This document shows positions 56,234-64,000 of a stretch of DNA of 64,000 nucleotides, piece by piece. Location of the stretch: positions 2,387,318 through 2,451,317 of the forward strand of contig CBDBKI010000005.1 in the NCBI GenBank assembly GCA_965206615.1, given 5' to 3'. Origin of the DNA: Candidatus Azotimanducaceae bacterium (GTDB lineage Bacteria > Pseudomonadota > Gammaproteobacteria > Pseudomonadales > Azotimanducaceae). Made by a program: the position numbers and the translations under genes. The notes beneath the pieces were generated by a model. The model was not told the DNA's origin and ran no database searches. It saw only the letters and a program-made list of their open reading frames with translations. The first letter of the stretch is position 1. Every line of letters begins with the position of its first letter.

Positions 56234-57834
56234 GTCTCCGCGGGCAGCCGCAGCCGCACGTCCCACAGCATGTAACGGTCCACCCGCACGCCGGTCAGCT
56301 TGTCCGGGTCGTACACCACGATGTCGTCGACATGCACCAGGGGGAGTGACAGCACCTGCTTGACGACGATGTTGAAGTACTCCCGGTAGTGACGCGCGCG
56401 CAGTTCCTGGTCGAGGCTGCGCCGCGCCTCGCGGCCGAGCTGCTCGAGCCGCGGCTCCTCGTAATGGAACGGATTGAACCCGGCCGTCGCCGACCAGATC
56501 GCCTGGTGGCGGCTGTCGGGGTCGAAGTTGGGATAGCCGATGGTGTTCACCGGATACTCCCGCGTCCGCGCCATGGCCTCGATCGTGCCGGGCTCGATGA
56601 CCTTGATGCGCATATCGATCCCCACGTTGCGCAGGTAGGCCTGGAGAGCCTCGTACAGGGCGGTGTTGTGCGGTAGCACGGGGACCGTGAAAGAGAAGCC
56701 GTCGACGCCGGCTTCGGCGAGCAGGGCGCGTGCCCGGTCCGGGTCATGGGAGAAGAAGCCCTCGAGGGACGGGTCGTGGCCCAGCCCCGGCAGCATGGGC
56801 TGGAACGCCGGACGGGCGTAGCCGAGGAACACGGTGTCGGCGATGGCCTGGCGGTCCACGGCAAAGCCGATGGCCTGGCGTACGCGGGCGTCACCGAGTT
56901 CGGGCACCAGTTCGCCGGCCCGGTCCAGGATCGTCAGGCCGAGCCAGCCGTTCGAGTGCGCGGAGATCCCGAAGCCCCTGGCCAGCGCCGGCGCCGCTTC
57001 GGCCGGCCTCACCTCGGCGAGATCGATCTGTCCGGAGATCAGGGCGTTGAGCCGCGCCCGGTTGTTGACCAGCGGGCGGATGGCGATGGGCGGGGCGTCC
57101 TGGAAGGCCGAATCGTGGTAGTCCGGGTTGGGCACGAAGCGGTGCACCTCGCCGATGGCGGAGTTCGCGCGGTCGTACCGCCAGGGCCCGGTCCCGACGG
57201 GGTCGAGGTCGAGGTCGGGGTTGTCGAATGCCGCGGGACTCACCATCAGCCCCGGCGACATGCCCAGGTTGTAGAGCAGCGTCGGGTCCGGGTAGTGCAG
57301 GTGCAGGCGCAGCGTGAAGTCGTCCAGCGCCTCGGCTGAGTACATCGATGCGACCGTGTTGATGCGCGGCCCCTCGAGGCGCATGAGCCGTTCGATGTTG
57401 GCCTTCGCCGCATGGGCGTCGAACCGCTCTCCGTCGATGAACCGGACGTCGCGGCGCAGTTGCAACTCCACCGTGGTCGGGTCGGGCCAGCTCCAGGACG
57501 CGGCCAGGCCCGGGTAAGGCTTGGAGAAGTCGGCGGTGTTGAGCCGCGTCAGGCCGTCATAGACGAGGACGAGGTAGGTTTCGAAGGGCGCCCCGGTGTC
57601 CGCGAGGTGCGGGTCGAAGGTGACGAGGGGCGTGCCCGTTCCGAAACGAACGGTCCGATCCGCGGGCACGGCGTCGCCGGGGCGCCCCGTCTCGTGCCCC
57701 GCCCTTGAGCATGCGGACAACGAGAACACGGCGACGGCGCACAGGGCCGCCGAGAGTACCGCCCGGCCCGGCCGGCAAGCCCGGCGTCGTGCCACGGGCG
57801 TTGGCCCGGCGCAGGCCGTCCGACTCCTGCTCAA
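56227..57834 (-). CDS. Family-5 ABC substrate-binding lipoprotein, paralogue 3
   Basis: Lipobox SLSAC, then RFGTGTPLVTFDPHLADTGAPFETYLVLVYDGLT. The TTG start overlaps the upstream stop (TTGA). Confidence 0.8.
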   Translation of the reverse strand: MSRSRTACAGPTPVARRRACRPGRAVLSAALCAVAVFSLSACSRAGHETGRPGDAVPADRTVRFGTGTPLVTFDPHLADTGAPFETYLVLVYDGLTRLNTADFSKPYPGLAASWSWPDPTTVELQLRRDVRFIDGERFDAHAAKANIERLMRLEGPRINTVASMYSAEALDDFTLRLHLHYPDPTLLYNLGMSPGLMVSPAAFDNPDLDLDPVGTGPWRYDRANSAIGEVHRFVPNPDYHDSAFQDAPPIAIRPLVNNRARLNALISGQIDLAEVRPAEAAPALARGFGISAHSNGWLGLTILDRAGELVPELGDARVRQAIGFAVDRQAIADTVFLGYARPAFQPMLPGLGHDPSLEGFFSHDPDRARALLAEAGVDGFSFTVPVLPHNTALYEALQAYLRNVGIDMRIKVIEPGTIEAMARTREYPVNTIGYPNFDPDSRHQAIWSATAGFNPFHYEEPRLEQLGREARRSLDQELRARHYREYFNIVVKQVLSLPLVHVDDIVVYDPDKLTGVRVDRYMLWDVRLRLPAETP

Positions 57835-58235
57835 GTTTCGAAGAACGCCAGCGTGCGCACCTCGATGCGCTCACGCTCCGACGCGTCCGCGGGACCGGTC
57901 GGGTCGTCGAAGGCCGAATGCGCCGTGAAGCGCGCGCGGCCGTCCCGCATCGAGTCGTAGCACTTGAGCAGCATGGCCTCGTCCGTGCGCATTTCCAGCA
58001 CGTAGAACCAGCGGTGGTCCGGGTTGTACAGCAGCGAGTAGATCTCGCCTTCCCGGTCCAGGGACAGGGTGTCGACCGCGGCACGGGCGTCGGCTACCGC
58101 CATCGTGTGCGTCTCGCCGGCCGGCGAGTGCTCGGGGTGCCTTTGCCGGCCTCTCTCGCTCAGGAAGTAGCCAGGCTTTCGGGCGGGCCTCTCGATGTAG
58201 TGGAAGGCGGCTTCGAGCCGGTGTGCGGCGTCCAT
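57831..58235 (-). CDS. CmcJ/NvfI-family oxidoreductase-like protein, about half normal length (possibly an internally deleted pseudogene)
   Basis: The C-terminus NPDHRWFYVLEMRTDEAMLLKCYDSMRDGRARFTAHSAFDDPTGPADASERERIEVR matches my recollection of the family. The central ~120 residues seem absent. Confidence 0.45.
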   Translation of the reverse strand: MDAAHRLEAAFHYIERPARKPGYFLSERGRQRHPEHSPAGETHTMAVADARAAVDTLSLDREGEIYSLLYNPDHRWFYVLEMRTDEAMLLKCYDSMRDGRARFTAHSAFDDPTGPADASERERIEVRTLAFFET

Positions 58236-58293
58236 CGGTCTCCCGTAATTCCCAGGTGGCGGCAGGTGATCGATTATGCCGGCAAAGCGGGGC

Positions 58294-58878
58294 TCACACG
58301 ATCAGCCTGGTGGCGTAGGCGATGGTGCCGGCGGTCAGCGCGTGGCGCCGCTGGAAGTTCTGCCGGGCTTCCTCCGGCGGGCGCCGCGAGCTCTGCCAGG
58401 AGTTCAGTCCGTCGTACCACGTGAGCAGCAGCATCCGGCCGCGTTCGTCGGAACAGTCGCGCTGGCAGAAGAGGCCCTGGGGCTCCGCACGGTATGCGTC
58501 GACGGTCTCGAAGCTGGTCCAGGCGGTCTGCGACAGTGCCGCGATCTCCTCGACATCCCGATGCGCGACGTCGAAGAAGCGGAAGACGTACAGCCCCTCC
58601 CGCGTCAGCGGGGTGCGGTCGGTGGGCCGCACGGTGGGTACCAGCGTCAGGGACTCCACCCGCTCTACGGCATCGAGCCCCGCGACGGTCTCGATCGAGT
58701 CGGCGACCGCCGCATCGTCGCCAGCCGTCACCGCGATCACCTCGTTCGAGCCGACGCCGAAGAGGCCATGAAACGCACCCCAGATCCGCTCGGCCGGCAG
58801 TGCCGCGACGAGTGCCTCGTGCACCGGTCCCCAGTCCCGCTGGCGGCCGCCGATGCGAAGAAAAGCGAAAGTGTCCAT
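58294..58878 (-). CDS. Hypothetical protein (possibly NIPSNAP-like dimeric alpha/beta barrel)
   Basis: Good GC3 bias; 194 aa. The fold guess rests on the GLYVFRFFDV...EEIAALSQTAW pattern only. Confidence 0.5.
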   Translation of the reverse strand: MDTFAFLRIGGRQRDWGPVHEALVAALPAERIWGAFHGLFGVGSNEVIAVTAGDDAAVADSIETVAGLDAVERVESLTLVPTVRPTDRTPLTREGLYVFRFFDVAHRDVEEIAALSQTAWTSFETVDAYRAEPQGLFCQRDCSDERGRMLLLTWYDGLNSWQSSRRPPEEARQNFQRRHALTAGTIAYATRLIV

Positions 58879-59020
58879 GCGTTCGTGAGCCTATGTCGTC
58901 CTTGTGCCGCAACGTTAACCGAACGTGGGGCACCGCGAAAAGGAGGACGAAGGGGGGCGTGCCGGGCCGGTCCCGCAGTGCCTGCGTGATAAGCTCCGTC
59001 CCTTTTTTGGGGAGCGATCC

Positions 59021-60571
59021 ATGAATGGCGCCGAGAGCCTGCTGCGCACGCTGGTCGCCCACGGCGTGGACGTGTGCTTCGCAAATCCGGGCACGTCGGA
59101 GATGCACCTCGTACAGGCGATCGACGCGGTCGACGAGACGCGCGGCGTGCTGTGCCTGTTCGAGGGCGTCTGCACCGGCGCCGCGGACGGCTACGCGCGC
59201 ATGCAGCGGCGGCCGGCGACCACGCTCCTGCACCTCGGCGCCGGGTTGGCGAACGGGGTGGCGAACCTGCACAACTGCCGCCGGGCGGACTCGCCGCTCA
59301 TCAACATCATCGGCGACCACGCCATTCATCACGTGCCCTACGACGCGCCGCTCACGTCGGACATCGAGGCCGTCGCGAAGCCGGTCTCGGCGTGGATCCG
59401 CACGGCGCGCACGTCCGAGGGGCTGGCCCTGGACGCCGTCGACGCGGTGCGCGCCTCGCTGGCGCCCAATCCCATGCCGCGTGGCGGGATCGCGACACTC
59501 ATCGTGCCGGTCGACGCCGCGTGGGGCGAGGGTCGTCCAAGGGCCAGGGATCCGGGTTTCGATGCATCGATGGCGAAGCCCGTCGTGGCCGACGACGTCG
59601 TCGAGGCGGTCGCGCCGCGGATCGACGCCGACACCCTGCTCATGATCGACGGCAACGCCCTGACCGAAGCCGGCGTGCGCGCGGCCGGCCGCATCGCCGC
59701 CGCGACGGGCTGTCGCCTCTACACACCGACGTTTCCGGCGCGTGTCGAGGCGGGACCGGACCTGCCGCTCGTGGAACGGTTGCCGTACTTCCCCGAGCAC
59801 GTCATGCAGGTGCTGGCGTCCGTCAAGAAGCTCGTGCTCGCGGGAGCGCAGTCGCCGGTCAGTTTTTTCGCCTATCAGAACCTGCCCAGCGACCTCGTCC
59901 CGGAGCATTGCGAGACGATCCGGCTCGCCCATCGACACGAGGACGTGATGGCCGCGCTCACGGGCGTTGCCGACGCGCTCGACGCGCCCGCGGGAACAGG
60001 CCCGGGCGGACAGCGCCCCGACAAACCGCAGGGCGATCTGTCGGCCGGCAGCATCGCGCAGCTGCTTGCCGTCCACGCGCCGGAGAACAGCATCATGTCC
60101 ACGGACTCGGGCGGCGGCGGCGCGGCGTTCCCGTTGCTGCAGCGCTGCCTGCGGCACAGCTGGCTCAACCTGACCGGCGGTTCCATCGGCGACGGCGGTC
60201 CGATCTCGGTGGGCGCAGCGATCGCCTGCCCGGACCGTCAGGTATTCGCGTTGCTCGGCGACGGCGGGGCGATGTACACGAACCAGTACCTGTGGACCGC
60301 TGCCCGCGAGGGCCTGAACATCGTGACCGTCATCTTTTCGAACCGTCAGTACAACATCCTCGAAGTGGAGTACCGGCGGCTCGGCATCAACGAGATCGGG
60401 CGTGACGCGGCCAGCCTCTTCGACCTCGGCAACCCGGACCTGGACTGGGTGGCCCTCGCGGCGGCGCAGGGCGTCCCCGGGGCGCGCGCGACGACCTGCG
60501 AGGAGTTCGATACCGCGCTCGGGAGAGCGTTGGCAAGCGATGGGCCGTACCTGATCGAAGCGGTGGTATAG
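59021..60571 (+). CDS. Thiamine-pyrophosphate enzyme of the acetolactate synthase large-subunit family
   Basis: MNGAESLLRTLVAHGVDVCFANPGTSEMHLV... and the TPP motif LLGDGGAMYTNQYLWTAAREGLNIVTVIFSNRQYNIL. ATG 59021 is preceded by GGGGAG. Confidence 0.85.
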   Translation: MNGAESLLRTLVAHGVDVCFANPGTSEMHLVQAIDAVDETRGVLCLFEGVCTGAADGYARMQRRPATTLLHLGAGLANGVANLHNCRRADSPLINIIGDHAIHHVPYDAPLTSDIEAVAKPVSAWIRTARTSEGLALDAVDAVRASLAPNPMPRGGIATLIVPVDAAWGEGRPRARDPGFDASMAKPVVADDVVEAVAPRIDADTLLMIDGNALTEAGVRAAGRIAAATGCRLYTPTFPARVEAGPDLPLVERLPYFPEHVMQVLASVKKLVLAGAQSPVSFFAYQNLPSDLVPEHCETIRLAHRHEDVMAALTGVADALDAPAGTGPGGQRPDKPQGDLSAGSIAQLLAVHAPENSIMSTDSGGGGAAFPLLQRCLRHSWLNLTGGSIGDGGPISVGAAIACPDRQVFALLGDGGAMYTNQYLWTAAREGLNIVTVIFSNRQYNILEVEYRRLGINEIGRDAASLFDLGNPDLDWVALAAAQGVPGARATTCEEFDTALGRALASDGPYLIEAVV

Positions 60572-60597
60572 CGGCCGCCGGTCCGAGGGATCTCGCC

Positions 60598-61926
60598 ATG
60601 ACTTCATCCTCCGCGCCCCGTCCCTCCGGCGCGATCGAAATGCCGTCGCCGGCGGCCGGCGCTGCGACGCGCGGCAATCACCCCTACTACGTCCTGGCCC
60701 TTCTCTTCCTGGCGTACACGTTCAGCTTCGTCGACCGCCAGATCCTGTCGATCCTGTTCGAGCCCATCAAGCTGGAGATGGGCCTGTCGGACACGCAGCT
60801 CGGCTTCCTCGGGGGACTCGCCTTTGCGCTCTTCTATGCGACGCTCGGCTTGCCCATCGCGATGTTCGCCGACCGCAGCGTACGCACCCGGATCATCACC
60901 GCGTCGCTGGTGGTGTTCTCGCTCATGACGGCGCTCTGCGGTCTGGCGCAGAACTTCTGGCAGCTCGCGCTTGCCCGGGTCGGGGTGGGCGTGGGCGAGG
61001 CGGGCGTCAACCCGTCAAGCCACTCGATCATCGCGGACATCTTCCCGCCCGAGCGCCGCTCGACGGCCATGGGCGTGATCGCCGTGGGCGCCAATGCGGG
61101 AATGCTCCTCGGCATGGCCGCCGGCGGCATCCTGAGCGTCCTGTACGGCTGGCGGGTCGCCATCATGGCGGTGGGCCTGCCGGGCCTGCTGCTGGCGCTG
61201 ATCTTCTGGCTGACGGTGCGCGAGCCGGTGCGCGGCGCCTCGGAGCAGCGTTCGGCGCAGGAGAAAGCCCCGCCGATCGGCGAAACGCTGACCTACATGT
61301 GGCGCAACAAGGCGATGCGCCACCTGGTGATCGGCTCCATGCTCAAGGGCACCGCGGGGTACGGTCTGGTGTCCTGGATGCCGTCGTTCTTCATGCGCAC
61401 CCACGAACTGACGGCCGCCCAGGTCGGGCTGCTGCTGGCGATAGGCATGGGAGTCCTGGGCGGTCTCGGTGCGTTCCTTGGCGGCTACCTCAACGACCGG
61501 CTGTCGAAACGCCGCGCGGGCGCGGGCCTGGCCGCCATCGCCGTCATTACCGCCGGCGTGTTTCCGTTCTCCGTGGCGGCCTATCTGGTGGACGACTTCC
61601 GGATCGCGGTAGCCCTGTTCGTCATCCCACTGTTCGGCGGCAACATGTTTCTCGCGCCCGGGCTCGCCCTGATCCAGAGCCTGGCGCGGCTACGCATGCG
61701 CGCGGTCGCCTCCGCCGTGAAGATGCTGACGCTCAACCTGATCGGCCTCGGGCTCGGCCCTCAGGTGGTGGGCATCCTGAGTGACGTGTTGCGCCCGACC
61801 CTCGGGACCGACTCGCTGCGGGTCGCCATGGTGGTTGTGGGCTCGCTCGCCGTGTGGGGTGCGGTGCACTTCTACCTGTCGAGCAGGCACATGCGGGAAG
61901 GGCTCGCCCAGGCCCGGCAGGGATGA
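60598..61926 (+). CDS. MFS transporter
   Basis: 442 aa with about 12 TM segments. FVDRQILSILFEPIK and the LPIAMFADR loop are typical of Spinster-like MFS proteins. Confidence 0.85.
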   Translation: MTSSSAPRPSGAIEMPSPAAGAATRGNHPYYVLALLFLAYTFSFVDRQILSILFEPIKLEMGLSDTQLGFLGGLAFALFYATLGLPIAMFADRSVRTRIITASLVVFSLMTALCGLAQNFWQLALARVGVGVGEAGVNPSSHSIIADIFPPERRSTAMGVIAVGANAGMLLGMAAGGILSVLYGWRVAIMAVGLPGLLLALIFWLTVREPVRGASEQRSAQEKAPPIGETLTYMWRNKAMRHLVIGSMLKGTAGYGLVSWMPSFFMRTHELTAAQVGLLLAIGMGVLGGLGAFLGGYLNDRLSKRRAGAGLAAIAVITAGVFPFSVAAYLVDDFRIAVALFVIPLFGGNMFLAPGLALIQSLARLRMRAVASAVKMLTLNLIGLGLGPQVVGILSDVLRPTLGTDSLRVAMVVVGSLAVWGAVHFYLSSRHMREGLAQARQG

Positions 61927-61975
61927 GGGGAATCCGCTGCATCGCGCCTGAACGGTCGCCGGGAGGAAGACGTTA

Positions 61976-63169
61976 GTGGTCAGACTGTCGGACCTGCCGG
62001 ACTACGAGCGGGCACACCTGCTCGAGAAGAACCTCGTACCCCTCGGTCGCACCCCGTGGGTGGCCCCCGGGACGCCGCTGGCGCAGCGCAAGGTCGCTCT
62101 GGTGACCACCGCGGGATTGCACCGCCGTACGGACACCGCTTTCGATCTGACGGACGCGACCTACCGCGTTCTCCCGGGCGACTTGACGGGCGCGGACCTC
62201 GTCATGTCGCACAGCTCCGTCAACTTCGACCGCTCCGGCTTCCAGGAGGACGCGAACCTGGTCTTCCCCATCGACCGGTTCCGTGAGCTGGCGGAAGAGG
62301 GCGTGGTAAGAAGCCTCGCCTCGAACCATTACAGCTTCATGGGAGCGGGACTATTGCCCGAGGCCTATGCAGCGCCGGCCCGGGGTTTGGCGAAGGTGCT
62401 GCACCGGGACGGGGTCGACACCGCGTTCCTGACACCGGTCTGACCCAACTGCACCCGCGCCGTGAGCGCGGTGGCCCACTACCTGGAGGACGAGGGCATC
62501 GCCACGACCGGCATCAGCCTGGTGCGCGAGAACACCGAGGCCCTGCGGCCGCCGCGATTCCTGTGGGTCACGTTTCCGCTCGGCCGGCCGCTCGGCATGC
62601 CGGGCGACGCCGCGTTTCAGCGGCGTGTCGTGCTCGCGGCGCTGGCGCTGCTCGATGCGCCGCACGGGCCGGTACTGGCGGACTATCCGGAGGATGTCCC
62701 GGATGCAGCCACGAGCGAAGCAGCCGCCTGCCCGGTGAGTTTCCCGGCGCGGGTAGAGCAGGACGGAAGCTGGGCTGCGTCGCTGCGCGCGGAGGTCGAT
62801 CTGCTGCAGCCGTGGTACGCGCTGTCGCTCGAGCGCCGCGGGCGCACGACGGTGGGGCTCGCCGGCGCGCCGGTCGAACGGCTTGCCGAGCGGTTCGGTG
62901 GGTTGCTCGACGGAGGCGGCGTGCCGGAGGGCTTCGATGCACTGCAGGACACCAAGCGCGCCCTGGAAGACCTGAAGGCGTTTCACCAGGAGGCGGTGAC
63001 CGCACAGCCCGGGGACATGCCGTGGCGGGAGGTGCGTCGCGTGCTCTGGCGGGAGACCGTGCTCGGCGAAGGCATGATCGTGTTGCGGGACCGCTTCGAG
63101 GCTTCCGGGAATCAGATGCTACGGGCCTTTACGCGCGTGCTCGTGCCGCGCGGGGCGCTTGAGGACTGA
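61976..63169 (+). CDS. GrdB/PrdB-family (reductase selenoprotein B-like) protein; candidate selenoprotein with Sec at TGA 62441-62443
   Basis: The two track ORFs (61976-62443 and 62462-63169) share one frame, and the 18 nt between them have no stop. Read-through gives ...AFLTPV-U-PNC-TRAVSAVAHYLEDEGIATTG..., which parallels the U-x-x-C-T-R...E..GI segment of GrdB as I recall it. GTG start after GGGAGGAAG. Confidence 0.6.
62452..62474 (+). promoter_or_regulatory. Candidate bacterial SECIS hairpin
   Basis: Six contiguous G:C pairs (62455-62460 with 62466-62471) close the loop CGUGA (62461-62465). A:U and C:G pairs extend the stem across a bulge. The hairpin starts 11 nt after the first base of UGA. 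Confidence 0.45.
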
Positions 63170-63277
63170 AGCCTGGTCCGGTCGGAACGCGGGCGCTGCG
63201 CACCGAAGTCTGGCAGTATGCGACGCCGCCCGGCTACGGGATGACACACCAGAAACGGATCACTGACAGGAGAAACC

Positions 63278-63889
63278 ATGCTGAAGCTGCACTTCGCGCC
63301 CGGTTCCCGCGCCGGCCGGATCGTCTGGCTGCTCGAAGAACTCGGGTTGCCCTACGAGATGAACAAGATGGCCTTTCATCCGAAGGACCTGAAGTCCGAC
63401 GAACACCGGGCGCGCCATCCGCTCGGCAGGGTGCCCGTGCTGGACGACGGCGACGTTCGGATCTTCGAATCCGGCGCCATCGTGGAGTACGTGCTGGAAC
63501 GCCACAGGAACGGCGGCCTGAAGCCGGCGGTGGACGCCCCGGAGTTTCCGATGTACCTGCAGTGGTTCCACTACTGCGAGGGCATGGTGATGCCGCCCGT
63601 GAACACGATCATCGTGCAGACCGTGCTGCTGCCGCCGGAACGCCGTGACGAGACCGCGCTCGGGCAGGCGCAGCGCCTGTTGACGCGATCGCTCGCACCG
63701 GTCGATCAGAACCTCGAGGGCAGGGACTACCTGATCGGGGACTTCTCGGCGGCGGACATCATGCTCGGCCACGCCTGCTTCATGAGCAACCGCCTCGGCT
63801 GCGTGACCGACGAGATGGCGAACCTGAAGGCGTACGTGGAACGCATCACGGCGCGTCCCGCGTTCCAGACGGCGATCACGATGCAATAG
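63278..63889 (+). CDS. Glutathione S-transferase family protein
   Basis: MLKLHFAPGSRAGRIVWLLEELGLPYE..., GRVPVLDDGDVRIFESGAIVEY. 203 aa. Confidence 0.85.
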   Translation: MLKLHFAPGSRAGRIVWLLEELGLPYEMNKMAFHPKDLKSDEHRARHPLGRVPVLDDGDVRIFESGAIVEYVLERHRNGGLKPAVDAPEFPMYLQWFHYCEGMVMPPVNTIIVQTVLLPPERRDETALGQAQRLLTRSLAPVDQNLEGRDYLIGDFSAADIMLGHACFMSNRLGCVTDEMANLKAYVERITARPAFQTAITMQ

Positions 63890-63903
63890 CGTGGCGCGGC
63901 GAC

Positions 63904-63972
63904 GTAGGGACGGGCTTGTCCCGTCCCGGCGCGACCTGCGGTCGCGTTGCAGTTTCGCTGGCGCGAAACTGC
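63904..63972. repeat. REP-like first hairpin (copy f) followed by the AGTTTCGC-TGGC-GCGAAACT palindrome
   Basis: GTAGGGACGGGCTTGTCCCGTCCC (63904-63927), GCGACC-TGC-GGTCGC, then GCAGTTTCGCTGGCGCGAAACTGC (63949-63972). Confidence 0.6.
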
Positions 63973-64000
63973 GCGTTGACGACGAGGTTCCGCGACTTCC

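Noticed and set aside
47316-57834. The three-fold SBP/sulfatase repetition as an assembly artefact.
   Set aside because: The copies are clearly diverged at the protein level throughout. Only the 52-56 kb pair is close enough to need read-level confirmation, and that is listed as a finding.

Overview
GC-rich, proteobacterial-type chromosomal segment, judged by eye with no statistics computed. I recognised no rRNA, tRNA or CRISPR. 1-20.2 kb is an insertion-sequence hotspot built around three TonB-dependent receptor (TBDR) genes. (a) Two IS1595-family copies each sit exactly in the T-tract of a TBDR terminator, with 8-bp TSDs. The second copy is split by an IS66-type element that carries a translationally coupled DUF4338 (DruA-like) gene. 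(b) Two direct copies of a ~2.15-kb IS4-superfamily (ISKra4-like) element have the operon promoter, Dam-like D12 DNA methyltransferase, GTGA overlap, DDE transposase. One copy lost 303 bp of the catalytic region between 11-bp direct repeats. Their 9-bp target duplications are crossed (X-IS-Y ... Y-IS-X), which defines a 9.4-kb cointegrate/composite-type unit. That unit holds one intact TBDR gene plus fragments of a TBDR, an IS91 transposase and a family-5 SBP. 20-31.8 kb holds an Rpn nuclease, a TolB-like/M28/PDZ peptidase and assorted oxidoreductase, hydrolase and acyl-CoA genes. 31.8-41.5 kb is a convergent cluster of three DUF3604-type metallohydrolases, an 11-residue-repeat membrane protein, HupE/UreJ and a parvulin-like PPIase. 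41.6-43.3 kb is pncA-pncB. 43.4-57.8 kb is one Dpp/Opp-type ABC importer (ATPase, fused permease-ATPase, permease) preceded by three diverged substrate-binding-protein + Cys-type sulfatase modules. It includes a ~2.2-kb tandem duplication whose junctions lie in a REP-like double-hairpin repeat found six times in the window. 58-64 kb holds a TPP enzyme, an MFS transporter and a GST. It also holds a GrdB/PrdB-like gene that the ORF track splits at an in-frame TGA: it reads as one selenoprotein with a U-x-x-C motif and a hairpin 11 nt downstream. The most interesting items are the candidate selenoprotein, the methyltransferase-carrying IS with its crossed-TSD structure, the DUF4338 cargo of the IS66-type element, and the triplicated SBP-sulfatase importer.
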